Source: Squalus acanthias (taxonomy: Eukaryota). Taken from it: DNA of 64,000 nucleotides. The notes beneath the pieces are model-generated. The model was not told the DNA's origin. It made no database searches and saw only the letters and a program-made list of their open reading frames with translations. The stretch covers positions 113,276,001 through 113,340,000 of the forward strand of contig CM059431.1 of assembly GCA_030390025.1 (NCBI GenBank). The letters run 5' to 3'. Of the stretch, positions 1 to 13,322 are shown in pieces. How positions within the stretch are numbered: position 1 is the stretch's first letter; each line of letters starts with the position of its first letter. Made by a program: the position numbers and the translations under genes.

Positions 1-1039
1 GCGTATGCACGATTATTTTTGGTAATCACAAGAGTTAACTCCAATTAATTCAAAATTGTTTTTTGCACTTAAAGAAATTAAATTATCCAGTAATTAGAAT
101 TAAGCGACTTTGATTTAAAAGGAGTACACTGTATTTTTTGTTTAAGAGTAATTCAGCTGATAGTCAAGTGCTCAAATGAATGAGCAATTGGCTTCAAACA
201 GCAATTATGGATTTGAGTCACTTGATCTCATTTACCTGAGCTCGGTCAATGTTTGTTTGGCCAATTTTTGTTAGCCAGTCATGACATAAAAGGGAAATGT
301 GTTGTGGGAAACAGAAGCTGATGCCTGGCTTGAACTGAACTGCTTAGCAGACAATGACAGGGTAGAATTGATGGAGGTCACGGAGATGTCTGTGATCCTC
401 TCATCCTGGCCTCTTGTGGTGAGCAGACTGCAAAAGGGGAGAGTTATAAGGAGGAAAAAAAAATTTTAAACCTATTTTCAGCTGTATTAATAGCACTGTG
501 CATTTGTGGTTATGCAAATGTGTTTGAGCGGAAACCTGAACCAAAACTTCATTTCAGAAAAGTAGCAATTTGAGCCCCGATTGCCGATTGTGCCCAGAGC
601 AGAAACTCTACCCCATTATATTTAATGATTTTCTTATTAAGAATATTGTATAGGAACCAGCTGAATTGTCTTCTAACAGAAGTAAGAATGACAATTCAGA
701 ACAATTTAGTGATTAGATTCAGGGCCCTCCTTTGTAAATTTAAGATGCATATATATCAATCTTCAGTGTGTCCTGTTCACAGTGTTTGGGGCTCAGTCAG
801 TGTGTCACCACTTTCTGACATAAATCAGCATGCACTGAGCTCTGTCTCCTCAGTACTACTACTCCTGTCTTTCCTACTCTTAGTCTCACCCGCGCGGACC
901 AGAGTTGAGGTGATAATGCACCAGACCAATGCCACTAATGACAGTGATATCAGCTGCTGTACACCTTCTTGTGAAGGGGAGGACTTTTGGCTTTTGCTGG
1001 ATGGATGAATTAGGATATGCTGAATGGTCTTCCTCATCT

Positions 1040-1232
1040 GTAATAACAACAGAAAACGCTGGATAAACTCAGCAGGCCAGGCAGCATCCGTGGAGAGAGA
1101 AACAGAGTTAACGTTTCAGGTCGAAGACCTTTCGTCAGAACTGGAAAAAAGCAGGAAATGGAATAGATTTTAAAGCAAGTTTAGGGGCTGGGAAAAGGGG
1201 GAGGGGATGAAAGAACAAAAGGGAAGGTCAGT
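1040..1232 (-). mobile_element. Penelope-like element (PLE) terminal/pLTR fragment, family 1
   Basis: Reverse complement closely matches the 3' region (about 30700-30890) of the GIY-YIG-encoding element at 30216-30920; contains a hammerhead motif. Confidence 0.85.
1106..1142 (-). ncRNA. Minimal type-I hammerhead ribozyme motif
   Basis: Minus strand reads AGUU-CUGACGA-A-AGGUC-uuc-GACCU-GAAA-CG-UU-AACU: CUGANGA and GAAA core, stem II, stem I AGUU/AACU, palindromic AACGUU helix III. Confidence 0.8.
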
Positions 1233-3169
1233 TCCTCATCTGTAATTATCTTGAGATTTTGCGACATGTCCAGAGAGGATTGGTGGGCAATAAATGCGAA
1301 CCCTGAGGTGAGGATTGGTGCTTATGTAATATTTCAGGTCCAGTTGCACCTTTTTTTTGTCCTCTCAGAAACTGATAATCTTCCAAACCTGGAGCGTTCT
1401 TGGAACTCCTTCAAAAACGTCATTGAACCCCCAAAGGAATACCCATCCTGCCCACTTTGGTTGTTGCAAGGGAAATAACTAGATGTAAAATTTGGATTTG
1501 GAAATAAAAGTCTCACAGTGCAATAAAATGAGGCCTAAACAGCAACAAAAATTAATACGCCAATAAAATGCAGATAAAGAAAAAGAAAACCTTGCATTTA
1601 TATAGCGCTTTTCACGACCACCAGATGTCCAAAAACGCATTACAGCCAATTGGCCTGTTTCATATCGGGTGCCTGAGCTGACATGTCTGATTTCCAACCC
1701 GAGCTTGCCCTCCTTGAGAATTGCAACTGCCAGCATGGCCTCACAAAATCAGGGCTAGGAAGTTTAAATAAATGTTCCCACTAATTTACATTAATCATAA
1801 GCTGCGGCTACCAACAGATCCAAGAACTTCTGATCGAGGATTTATCTCACAGTGAGGCTTGAACACTATGGACAGCCCTTTATAAACCTATAGGCCTACA
1901 GAATTCAAACATGCCAAGCTGGCGAGTAAGAACTGCAAGTCCAAGTAGAGCTGAGTTGTCTGAGGTTCATGGACCAGATCGCTATTATTTCACATGGCCA
2001 GTAGTTTGGTAATGTCTGCTTTCACTATTGCTCTGAATGGAAAGTATATATTTGTGGTGTTTTCAAGTTCCGAGTCAGATGTTTTGAATCAGATTTGATG
2101 TATTTTTCAACATGTGATGCAACTTGAGATTTTTCCACACAGCTCCTATAACTTCAGGCCAGGCCAACTTTAATTTTGTGTAACACAAAATCCTCTGTCC
2201 TTTAACCAAAATCTGCTCAAATCAAAGCCATTTTAATGGACCATGTTTCCTGTAGGACAAACACAGTTGCTTCTAGGGTTTTCTCAAGACTCATTGCCAT
2301 GCCTATTGATATTATTTATTCTCCACACAGAAATCTGGTGCCACATCTTTTTTAAAACCTCTTTCATGAGTTGCATGTCCACCCAACGTGGCAATTTCAT
2401 CCTTTTATTGCACTAGCTCCATTGGCTATTTTGTACTATATTTGAATGTTTCTATAATAAAAAAGACTAACTGCATGGCCTCAGGATGCTCATTGCCTGT
2501 GAGGGACAGCTTTTCAATTTGGTTCAGTACTGAGCAGAACTGTGACAAATACTGTCTTATACCCCTTTCATGTACGTTTGCCTCCTGCTGATTAACCTAG
2601 AATGGAGTATTTGTGTTAAGTGAAGGCCTTTCTTCACTTCTGACTTTCCTTTAATCCTATTGTCCGTCTATCTAGTCTCATAATCTGGTAAAACATATCC
2701 TCCTGTTAGCACATGATGTACTGTTTCATGTAATAGCTGCCTGCAGTAACACAAAATATAAACTTCAAAGATGACTATCCAATATGAAAGCTAGGGAAAA
2801 AATAAAAAGCACCAACGTTATTAAGTTAGGAAAACAACTTTTGGCAGCACGTTCTATGGTATAAGGTCCTCTGAATTCAAATGATTATATAAAGTGTTAA
2901 GTTGCACATTTATAGCCTATACATTATAAAATTTGCATCAAAATTGTATAATGTAAAAAGCAATGGAAGTATACCAGGGAGTGATTTCAAAGTATCAATC
3001 CAATAGCTGGCTTCATATTCTGGTTATGAACCACTTGAGGTCCACTTTGAATCCCTTTCTTTTAGATTATCATCTTGAAGTTATCTCTAGTCGGTATCCA
3101 TTCTTGTGTATGTAATGATGCCCATGGATAGTAATTAGGAACCTTATTTATTTAATGTATGCAGACAGG

Positions 3170-3368
3170 GGGCTGGGTTTTCCCAGCGGAGGCGGGATCG
3201 CGGGGGGAGAGGTAGTTGGCGGGTTCTGGTCCCGCTCCCGGCTGCAGCTGCTCTGTCAAAAGGATTTTCCGTTCATAAGGCTTGTTCAGCCCGCCCTGCG
3301 GGGTTCCCAGCCAATTAAAAGGAAGCGGGTCTGATGACGTCATTTAATGACGTGTCATCTGCCGGTTT
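3170..3368. mobile_element. Truncated left end of a Harbinger-type MITE
   Basis: Starts GGGCTGGGTTTTCC like other TIRs in the window (GGGCTGGATTTT); CpG-rich with GGCGGG motifs; ends abruptly at the duplication starting at 3369. Confidence 0.55.
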
Positions 3369-4541
3369 CTTTCTTGCTTCTGGCTTCTGCGGAGATAAGA
3401 TAACTGAGAAATGTAATGAGATCCTTGCTCTCCATTTTTTCCTTCCTATTCGGTTCATGTAAAGGTCTCCTCAGAGTATGAACCTCAATAAAGAGAAACC
3501 ATTGTGAGTGCAGGGCCTCCCACAGCTCTATGCCCCACTGCGTTAGCTGAGTGAGCTCACAACTTTGTTTTGACTCGTCCTTTTACTCTCCCTCCTCCTG
3601 TAGCCTATCCTTCTTGGTAACTGTTCTCAATTCTTTCCTGCATGACAGAGGAATGCTTGTGATTGTCAGTCACAAACTGTTTAACTTGAGAACTACTTAA
3701 GAATTCTCATCAATTCTCTTATGGGATTCCAAGTAAAGTAATGAGGCTTCCAAGGGGCATACTTGCATTGTAGGGTGCTGTATTCAGTGAATTGAAGACT
3801 TTCAGATGTGACGTTAAACAAAGGCCCCATCTGCCCTGTCAGGTGGATGTAAAAGGTCCAATGGCACTATTCAAAGAGCTGGGAAGTTCTTCTAGTGTCC
3901 TGGCCAATATTTATCTTTCAATGAACATCACTGAAGTAGATTATCTGGTCATTTATCTCATTGCTGTTTGTGATACCTATGCTGTGCACACTTTGGCTGC
4001 CACATTTCCTTACATTACAACAACGACTGCACTTCAAAAAGTACTTAATTGCGTGTGAAACATTTTGGTTGTCCTGAGGTAGTGAAAGGTGTTATATAGT
4101 TTGTTCTTTCTTTCCAAATACAGGCATCACTATAGTTTATTTAAGTGCACAGGGTGATACTCTTAGATATATAAATAAAGAGCAAATATAGGTTACAATC
4201 TGAAATGTACCAAATATACATTAACAGCAGCTTGCAGCTATCATACAGACATCACTACGGTTTATTTAAGTGCACAGGGTGATACTTTCTTGCTTCTGGC
4301 TTCTGTAGAGATAAGATAACTGAGAAATGTAATGAGTTCCCTGCTCTCCATTTTTTCCTTCATATTCGAATCATGTAAAGGTCTCCTCAGAGTATGAACC
4401 TCAATAAAGAGAAACCATTGTGAGTGCAGGGCCTCCCACAGCTCTATGCCCCACTGCGTTAGCTGAGTGAGCTCACAACTTTGTTTTGACTCGTCCTTTT
4501 ACTCTCCCTCCTCCTGTAGCCTATCCTTCTTGGTAACTGTT
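3369..4541 (+). repeat. Local direct duplication (3369-3625 repeated at 4285-4541; 4119-4162 repeated at about 4244-4285)
   Basis: Near-identical ~257-bp blocks beginning CTTTCTTGCTTCTGGCTTCTG and ending TTGGTAACTGTT. Confidence 0.9.
3775..4100 (+). mobile_element. DeuSINE (SacSINE1/AmnSINE1-like), 5'-truncated
   Basis: Deu-domain-like core (TTTCAGATGTGACGTTAAAC...ATGGCACTATT...GTGTCCTGGCCAA) with an L2-like tail; homologous to 58268-58850. Confidence 0.7.
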
Positions 4542-5374
4542 TTGCTGACAGGACCATGTGGACAAAAGGGGCACAAGAAGTGAGTGGCAATTCTTTAACC
4601 GCCCCTAGGAATGCTCTCCAAGGCAGGACGAGGTTTAATTTTACCACGCACTTCCACTATTCCAACCAACCCCCCATGCCTACTTTCAGTCAGAATCATA
4701 TTTACGTCACTCTCTGAAAAAGGTTCAGGGGCCCACCTTCCTTCTTCCTTTTTAATCCATGGATTGAAATTGCTGTTCCTGCTTTAAGAACAGCCTAACT
4801 TTAAGTGGAGCACTTCCGCCTTCACAAAGGACCCCCCCCCCCCCACCCCCCCACAAATCTTTCAGGCTATTCGGCGTAACTGAGTAGTTGTCAGCATTGG
4901 TTGGGCAGGCAGAGGATCGTGTGATTTGATATATTGGGGTCAGGCTTTTATTAGTTATATGAAAAAATATACTCTTCACAAAATAGCCTCAAAACAATGG
5001 ATTACATCAGAAATGGCACTGATCAGAAGAAATCTGACACAATGCTTTGATGAAATCCAAATGGCTCCCTTTGCCTGGCCAAAACAGTACAGTGCAAGTC
5101 TGCAAAAATTGTACAGTCCTCTGGGCAAATCACGTTGCAGGGATTTTGTCCCATTTTAGGCACCAAAATGCAGAAAAAACTCCACCTGAAGGTAGCCAGG
5201 GTATTGATTTAACATCTCATCCAAAGATCAGCATTCTAACAATGCAGCACACTCTAAATGCTGCACTGCAGCACCAGCCCAGACTGTATATTCAAGTTCC
5301 ATTCTATAGCCGTCTAATTCAGCGAAGAGAACTCTACCAACTGAGTCAAACTAAAGCCATGACTGAGTTATACT

Positions 5375-6690
5375 ATGATGAGGCAGAGTCAAAGTGGTTT
5401 TATGAAAGGGAAATCGTGTTTGACAGATCTATTAGAGTTTTTTGAGGGAGTAGCTAGCAGGGTAGATAAGGGGGAACCAGTGGATGTAGTATATTTGGAT
5501 ATTCAGAAGACATTCGATAAGGTGCCACAAAGCAGGTTGTTACACAAGATTAGAGCACATGGGATTGGGGGTAATATATTAGCATGGATAGAGGATTGGC
5601 TAATGGACAGAAAACAGAGAGTAGGAATAAACGGGTCATTTTCAGGATGGCAGGGTGTGACTAGTGGAGTGCCACAAGGATCAGTGCTTGGGCCTCAGCT
5701 ATTTACAATCTATATCAATGACTTAGATGAGGGGACCGAGTGTAATATATCCAAGTTTGCTGATGATACAAAGCTAGGTGGGAAAGTAAGCTGTAAGGAG
5801 GATGTAAAGAGGCTGCAAAGGGATATAGACTGGTTAAGTGATTGGGCAAGAAGGTGGCAGATGGAGTATAATGTGGGGAAGTGTAAAATTATCCACTTTG
5901 GTAGAACGAATGGAAAAGCAGAATATTTTTTAAAAGGTGCGAAACTAGTAAATGTTGGGAATCAAAGGGATTTGGGTGTCTTTGTACATGAATCACAGAA
6001 CATTATCATGCAGTTACAGCAAGCAATTAGGAACGCAAATTGTATGCTGTCCTTTATTGCAAGGGAGTTGCAGTATAAGTGTAAGAAGTCTTGCTGCAAT
6101 TTTATAGGGCTTTGGCGAGACCACAGCTGGAGTACTGTGTATAGTTTTGTTCTCCTTACCTAAGGAAGGATATACTTGCCTTAGAGTGGGTGCAACAAAG
6201 GTTCATTAAATTGATTCATGGGATGAGAGGGTTGTCCTAGGAGGAGAGATTGAGTAGAATTGGCCGATATTCTCTGGAGTTTAGAAGAATGAGAGGTGAT
6301 CTCATTGAAATGTATAAAATTCTTAGAGGACTTGACAGGATAGATGCTGAGAGGCTGTTTCCCCTGGCTGGAGAGTCTAGAACTCGGGGTCACAGTCTCA
6401 GGATAAAGGATTGGCCATTTAGGACTGAGATGAGAATTTCTTCACTAAGGGTTGTGAATCTTTGGAATTCTCTACTCCAGAGGGCTGTGGATGCTCAGTC
6501 ATTGAATATATTCAAAATTGAGATCGATAGAGCGATAGATTTTTGGGCACTAAGGGAATCAAGGGATTTGGGGATAGGGCAGGAAAGTGGAGTTGAGGTC
6601 GAAGTTCAACCATGATCTTATTGAATGGCGGAGCAGGCTCAAGGGGCCGTATGGCCTACTCCTGCTCCTATTTCTTATGTTCTTATGTTA
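5375..6690 (+). mobile_element. CR1 LINE, 5'-truncated (RT through 3' UTR), frameshifted
   Basis: ORF motifs SGFMKGKSCLTDL, SGVPQGSVLGP, FADDTKL; 3' UTR hairpin and (TTCTTATG)n tail. Confidence 0.95.
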
Positions 6691-7244
6691 TGATTGAAGA
6701 AACTTTGGGCTCTTCATCCTTGAAAAAAGGCTATGAAAGGGGGAACCTCGTATAGATATATAACATGGTAAATAGTATAACAAAAGTAAACCCAAAGCAA
6801 GTAATATTTCAAGTAATATGATGATGGTAGAAGAAAGGGCACAGCTCAAACTAGTGAAAAACAAATTTTTGATTTATGTCAGGAAATTCTTCTTCACACT
6901 ATGTGATCAGCATGAGAAATAGATTTGCAAATAGGGTGTGGAGACAAAAAAAAACAATTACTAAATGGATGCTCTGATGGGAAACAAACATTCTTTTTTT
7001 GGGTGAATGGGTCAATTGATCTTCCTCATTTATATCTCTTGTGATTTTGTTTTTCCATTAATTTGCATAATATTTAACAATTCTGTTACGATAAGCACTA
7101 CAGTGATGTACTGTTGTTTCCAGCAAGTATCTGATCCTACCATTGACTGAGGCTCTATGATTGTTTTGGCACACTTTCTGGAAAGAAACACATTGAGAAT
7201 GAAGCTATGTGCAGTTAAGGATTGCCACTGAAGTCTGAAGCCAC

Positions 7245-8600
7245 AGAAGGAACAAAACTTGAAAGGAAAGTGAACAGTGAGGAGGATAGTGATAGACTTC
7301 AAGAGGACATAGACAGGCTGATGGAATGGGCGGACACGTGGCAGATGAAAGTTAACACAGAAAAGTGCGAAGTGATACATTTAGGTGGGAAGAACGAGGA
7401 GAGGCAATATAAACTAAAGGGTATAATTCTAAAGGAGGTGCAGGAACTGACAGATCTGGGGGTACATGTGCACAAATAGCTGAAGCAGGCGGGGCAGGTT
7501 GAGAAAGCAGTTAAAAAAGCATACGGGATCCAGGGGTTTATAAATAGAGGCAGGCTAGGGTCGTGTCATCCACTTTTCGTGTTATCCACCCGACTGCAAT
7601 TGGATGTGGGAGATTGATGCAATTTTCACCTAATTGGGCAATTGAGTTCCAGCATGTGGGAACCCATGAACCAATTAGTGTTTTCAGTCTGAAAGTTGCC
7701 TCTGATGATGTCATCATTGCTGCTGCATTGAAGGTCTGCAAAGACTGCCTGGCCTTTGCTGTGAGAGGACCTGGATGCAAAATGAGCAGCAGCAGCCCTA
7801 AGTCTGCTCCCAGATATTTTTGCACCACCACTCCCAGATATGTCTCCTCCTCATCCATCCATCCAGATATGTCTCCTCCTCATCCATCCATCCAGATATG
7901 TCTCCTCCTCATCCATCCATATCAGCCAGCCAGCCAGCCAGCCAAATGTGCTCCTGCCAGGTTTTACATTCATGGTTCAGAACAGGCGTGCTTCACGTAG
8001 AAAAAGGGTTAAAATCACAAAGGCCTTTCAAAATGGCATTATAAAGGCAATTTAGTGCTTGTTAAGGGCCTTAACAGCCTATCCCGCCTCTTAGAGGCGG
8101 GACGGAGTCGGGACTAGCAGACACGATTTAATGAAAATTGCGTGGAGGCGGGATGGAGGCGGGCTTGTGCCCGCCCACCAGTTTTCGCAACTTTAACCCC
8201 CCACACGCCTCCAAACCCACCTCCACGGGTCAATGAAAATCCAGCCCATAGAGTACAAAAGCAAGGAAGTTATGATGAACCTTTATAAAACCATGGTTCG
8301 GCCTCAACTGAAGTATTGTGTCCAATTCTGGGCACCACACCTTAGGAAGGATGTGAAGGCATCAGAGAGGATGCAGAAAAGATGTATAAGAATGGTTCCA
8401 GGGATGAGGGACTTCAGTTACGTGGATAGACTGGAGAAGCTGGGGTTGTTCTCCTTAGAGCAGAGAAGGTTGAGAGGAGATTAGATAGAGGTGTTCAAAA
8501 TCATGAGAGGTCTAGACAGAGTAGATAGAAAGAAACTGTTCCCATTGGCGGAAGAGTCGAGAACCAGAGGACACAGATTTAAGGTGACTGGCAGAAAAAA
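7245..8600 (+). mobile_element. CR1 LINE fragment interrupted by a MITE
   Basis: LQEDIDRLMEWADTWQM, YKTMVRPQLKYCVQFW and RTRGHRFK; the CR1 reading resumes after 8247. Confidence 0.9.
7552..8247. mobile_element. Harbinger-type MITE (left end truncated), with internal 29-bp tandem x3 at about 7834-7920
   Basis: Right TIR AAAATCCAGCCC; homologous to the full-length copy at 35727-36502. Confidence 0.85.
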
Positions 8601-8602
8601 CA

Positions 8603-8908
8603 AACCCGCGACCTCTACCACCTTGAAGGACAAGGGCAGCGGGCGTATGGGAACACCATCACCTGCAAGTTCCCCTCCAAATCACACACCATCCTGACTT
8701 GGAAATATATTGCCGTTTCTTCCTCGTCACTGGGTCAAAATACTGGAATTCCCTCCCGAGCAGCTTTATGTGCGTACCTTCATCACGCGGACTGCAGTGG
8801 TTCAAGAAGGTGGCTCATCACCACCCTCTCAAGGGCAATTAGGGATGGGCAATAAATGCTGGCCTTACCAGCGATGCCCACATCCCAGGAATGAATTTAA
8901 AAAAAAGT
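8603..8908 (+). mobile_element. 3' end of a Zenon-like CR1-superfamily LINE
   Basis: Matches 49760-50063 (…GGGCAATTAGGGATGGGCAATAAATGC…A-rich tail). Confidence 0.8.
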
Positions 8909-8919
8909 AAGATCACCAG

Positions 8920-9555
8920 GATCCACTGCTTCACCAGGCAGCATATCTACCATAGGAACAGTGCTACCTTGAGCTCACCAAGAGCCAATGTGTGATGAGA
9001 CTACACATCAACAAGGCAGCCATGAATGAATTGTGCCATATCCTGGAAGCAGACCCATAACTAAGAAGCCAGATCAGTATCGCACTACAAGTAGTAGCTA
9101 AAAATGATAGTTACACTGCATTTTTTTGCTATAGTGTAAGATTGAGTCAATGGTAGCACACTTGAATCTGAGTCAGAAGGTTGTGATTCATGCCCCACTC
9201 CAGGACATGAGCACATAACCTAAACTGATACTACAGTGCGATACTGACGGAATACTGCATTGTTGGAGGAGCTGTCCTCTGCATGAGATGTTAAGGCTAT
9301 TCAGGTGGTTGTGAAAATCCCATGGCATTATTTGAAGTTCTCCTGGTATCCCTCAACTAACATCATTTGATGAAAGTACAAATGGTCTGCAAGCACCTCC
9401 AAATCATGATGCATGTGAATGCAGTATTTAAGGAGTACCAGGATGCTTATATATTAAGGGAGTCATGGATTCTCACATTATTCCAATGTGAAGACAAGTT
9501 GGATGGTTGGTTCCTTGGAGTCATGAGTTCCCTGCTCAAAACCTCACTCAGTACA
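8920..9555 (+). pseudogene. Ancient degraded Harbinger (HARBI1-like) transposase
   Basis: Translations CYLELTKSQCVMRLHINKAAMNELCHIL and VQMVC…MHVNA…DAYILRES…GWFLG parallel the transposases at 54276-55505 and 63637+; split by a SINE. Confidence 0.7.
9140..9360 (+). mobile_element. DeuSINE 5' half (tRNA-like head plus Deu domain)
   Basis: Homologous to the reverse complement of about 58600-58850. Confidence 0.65.
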
Positions 9556-10859
9556 TATATAAGAACATACGAAAAATGACGGACACGAAAATACCTATTG
9601 GTCCATCGAGCCAGTTCCGTACAGTTGTGATGCCTTATGCATCACAATACATACACTCCTCATCCCATGCAGACCCATGTAATCTCTTGAGAGAGGTGAA
9701 AAACCAGATTACAAAACCAGGCCAATTAGGGGGAAATTCCTCTCCCATGCCCTTAGACAATTGAAACTAGTCCAGGAGACCATCCTGGCCCTGATTAACG
9801 TTACAAGGTATCTACCTACCTTTTGTATGAGGTGATCTCTGCTCCAGCCAGAAACAGGTCCAGCTCTCTCTTGAAGCTATCCTGTGAATCAGCGTTCAGC
9901 AGTACAAGTTTTTGTATTAATACGAAGTACTAATCTGTGTATTACATTTGCAGCTGGGAACTCGATCAAGTAGGGGTAAGTATATTAAGGTACTTGAGCA
10001 AACTCATTTGATGCCTCTAACATACTTTGATTGTCATCAGTAGCTACCTACATACATGGCAGCCTTTATATACAGCAGTTATTTATGTTCATTCTCATTT
10101 CTCACCGTGGTATTTTTTCAAGTCTTACACCATCTTCTGGATATATTTCCATACTCTCCTAATCTGGTACATTGACTTTCTTTGTGATGGTCTTCCAATG
10201 TCTGTTTCACTGTCTGATATTGGTGGCTTGATCCTGTTCTGTAGAAAGCAGTTAGTTGTACCCTCACACTGACTACTATGATTTAGAGATTGTTGTGATC
10301 TGAAACAAAATACATCATCGGAATTAGAATAAACAAAGTAGTCATCTTAAATGATGTTTATGTGACAGTCAGAAACTATTTATCTGAACATCACTTATCT
10401 GAATTGTCTGAATAACCAAATGAGTTAGACTTCTCTGTTTTGCCTGTATGTATGAATATTTCAGTGTATTGTGTATAATTTTCTGCGAGAATTAATATTT
10501 AATGCAGTGCAGAATTCATAGAATCATCGAATCCTAGAAGGAGGCCATTTGGCCCACCGTGCCAGTGCCACCTCTATGAAGGAGCTAAACAATTAGTCCC
10601 ACTCCCCTGCTCATTCCCCATAGACTGGAAATGTTCTCCCCTTCAAGTATTACGTGTTCAAATATTCTAACTAATATAAAATTAGCTATCCAAATACGGC
10701 ATTTATCCAGACATGGGTGATTCCTGAAGTGTTTGAATAAACAACATCATGGTGAAAATGATTACTTATTTCCATATTGTATGGCAACTGCTCTGTGGTA
10801 CCTTAACTAATGCTTTTACTGTTTGTTATACTAATCTTAATTCGGGATAGAATGTTAGA

Positions 10860-11730
10860 CTTTTTAAAATTAATTCTTGAGATATGGGCATCGCTAGCAT
10901 TTATTGCCCATCCATAATTGCCCTTGAGAAAGTGGTGGTGAGCCAGCTTCTTGAACTGCTGCATTAACACCCTACCTAACAGCACTGTAGGTGTGGTGAA
11001 GGTACTCCTACAGTGAAGTTAGGTAGGGAGTTACAGGATTTTGACCCAGTGATGATGAAGGAGCAGCAATATATATCCAAGTCAGGATGGTGTGTGACTT
11101 GGAGGGGAACTTGGAGGTGGTGGTGTTTCCATGCGTCTGCTGCCCTTGTCCTTCCAGGTGGTAGAAGTTGTTGTTGTTGTTGTTCACAGTTTACATTAAC
11201 GATTTAGACTTAGGAATCAAAAACACAATTTCTAAATTTGCGGATGACACCAAATTGGGGGGGATAGTCAATACTGAGGAGGACTGCAACAAGTTACAGG
11301 AGGACATTAATAAACTTGCAGAATGGGCATATAATTGGAAATGAAGTTCAACACAGATAAATGTGAGGTATTACATTTTGGTAGGAAGGATAAGGAGGTC
11401 ACTTATCACTTGGAGGGTGCGAGTCTAGGTGGGGTAGAGGAACAAAGGGATCTCGGAGTACAAATACACAAATCACTAAAAGTTGCGATACAGGTTAACA
11501 AGGCCATAAAAAAAGCAAACCAAGCACTAGGGTTTATTTCTAAAGGTTTGAACTGAAAAGTAGGGAAGTTATGCGAAACCTGTATCGAACCTTGGTTAGA
11601 CCACACTTAACAGTACTGCGTACAGTTCTGGTCGCCATATTATAAAAAGGATATAGAGGCACTAGAGAGGGTGCCTCTAGTACACATTGCAGCCATGGTG
11701 CACCGGTGGTGGCGGGAGTGGATGTTTAAT
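10860..11730 (-). mobile_element. Zenon-like LINE 3' portion, interrupted by a CR1 fragment
   Basis: 10860-11170 and 11680-11730 align with 14440-14830. Confidence 0.75.
11210..11673 (+). mobile_element. CR1 LINE RT fragment
   Basis: SKFADDTKLGG…MKFNTDKCEVLHFG…RDLGVQIH. Confidence 0.9.
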
Positions 11731-12659
11731 GGACGTCTGACACCAGAGAGTGCAAGGTGTTCAATGCAGCAATGTCACTTTCTGTTGAGATCATATAGGT
11801 GATAGGTCAAAAGACACTTTATTCAACATCATTAAATGCTTCAGGCTCAATTGAACGATGCTTAATTCGTTTTCAGAATGTGTCTTAACAATGGAACAGA
11901 ATTTGCGAGAGCGGGGCATCTCACAGCATGTCACGTTAGTTAAACATTTTCCCTCACCATTCAGCTCGAAATGTTGTTGTGGCGCAAATGGGTGGAAGTG
12001 CGAGCTGATACCAGGCAGCGAGGGCAATGGGACATCTGGGACATTGGTGAACTGCGGGGCCAATAGTGTATCTCTTTAACCAATAAGGTTAAAGGATTGA
12101 GAAAGAAACAGAGGAACAATGGAGAAGGAGGGTGAATTAGAGTCAAACTAGGTAAAAAAAAAGAAAAATAAAGAGAGGGAAAGAAAGCTTGGATTAAGAT
12201 AGAGAGAGAAAAAAAAGAGACAGAATGGAAAAGTAAGAAAAAATTAAAAACATTAAAAATTTTACATTAAAAAAAAATCTCTACCAATTTACTACTTGCA
12301 GGAATGAGACGCCACAGTTTCAATTGCTCCCTTTCTGGGCTGGAGAGGTTGAGTGGCATTGCAGGAACATAAATCCCCTCATTAAAGGGTATCTACACCG
12401 TTAAATACCAGTCCTAACTTTCTGCGGTGAGTTTAATTGGTATTTACTGCACAAATGTGGCAATTTCTTGAAACTCACGGGGAGGTTGAGGGCAAGCTGC
12501 TGTTGTCGCGAGGTTAACAGCAGAGAGGCACGAATCATCCAGCAATCTGTGCAGATTCGCAACTCACTCTTTTCCTTGTCACAAGTTGCTGGATGATTTA
12601 CATATTAATAATGATGTGCTCATTAAACTCGCCGTGATTTTGCCAGCAAATCCTGGCCC
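11730..12659. mobile_element. Harbinger-type non-autonomous element (right TIR only)
   Basis: Ends GCAAATCCTGGCCC; its purine-rich interior matches about 22005-22080. Confidence 0.5.
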
Positions 12660-13322
12660 AGTGTTTTTGCTTGTTGTCACTTTGAGGCCATGTATTTCAA
12701 ATAAACTTTGCATTCATGAACATAATTTCAAGTAGAATTGTTCAGTGAGATATAGAAGCTGTTGGCTTTGATTCGCCTAGAGCCAAGTTACAAACATCCT
12801 TAAGTTACAAAGATTGGTGATTGGTGTAGGAGAGATTTTAATGATATAGGCTTTTGTGAACACTTTCATACTGCTTTGGGAATATTGGAATTAATTACCG
12901 CAGATTATAACTGGGTGTGATTTTCTTCTATTCCATATCTCAACCACAAAATACATTGGGCCAGAAATTCAAGTCTCCATGGGTGAGTACGCGCTGGGTA
13001 CTCACCCGTAGGCCCAACTAAAGTGCCGGTTTCGCGCCTGCACTGCGCATGCGCGGGAAACCGGAACTTCTGTTCCCTTGAAGGAAGGCGTTCACAGGTC
13101 AAACGCGTGCGCCGGAGAGGCAGCGCGTATGCCTGGAACTTTGGCTTTTTTTACTGGTTTCTCCGTGTGGGTAAGTCCATAGCAGCTCCGCGGGGAAAAA
13201 GCAGGCGCAAGGCCTTGGATCTTGGTTCGTGTCACACTACATGTAACCCCACCTGACGTAGAGTCATCCAGACTCGAGTCGTCGTTGGCTTGTTCACAGA
13301 TGTGATTTCCAGTAAAAAAAGT

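Noticed and set aside
625..1049. Overlapping ORFs with hydrophobic stretches
   Set aside because: Low-complexity sequence, no recognisable domain or exon structure.
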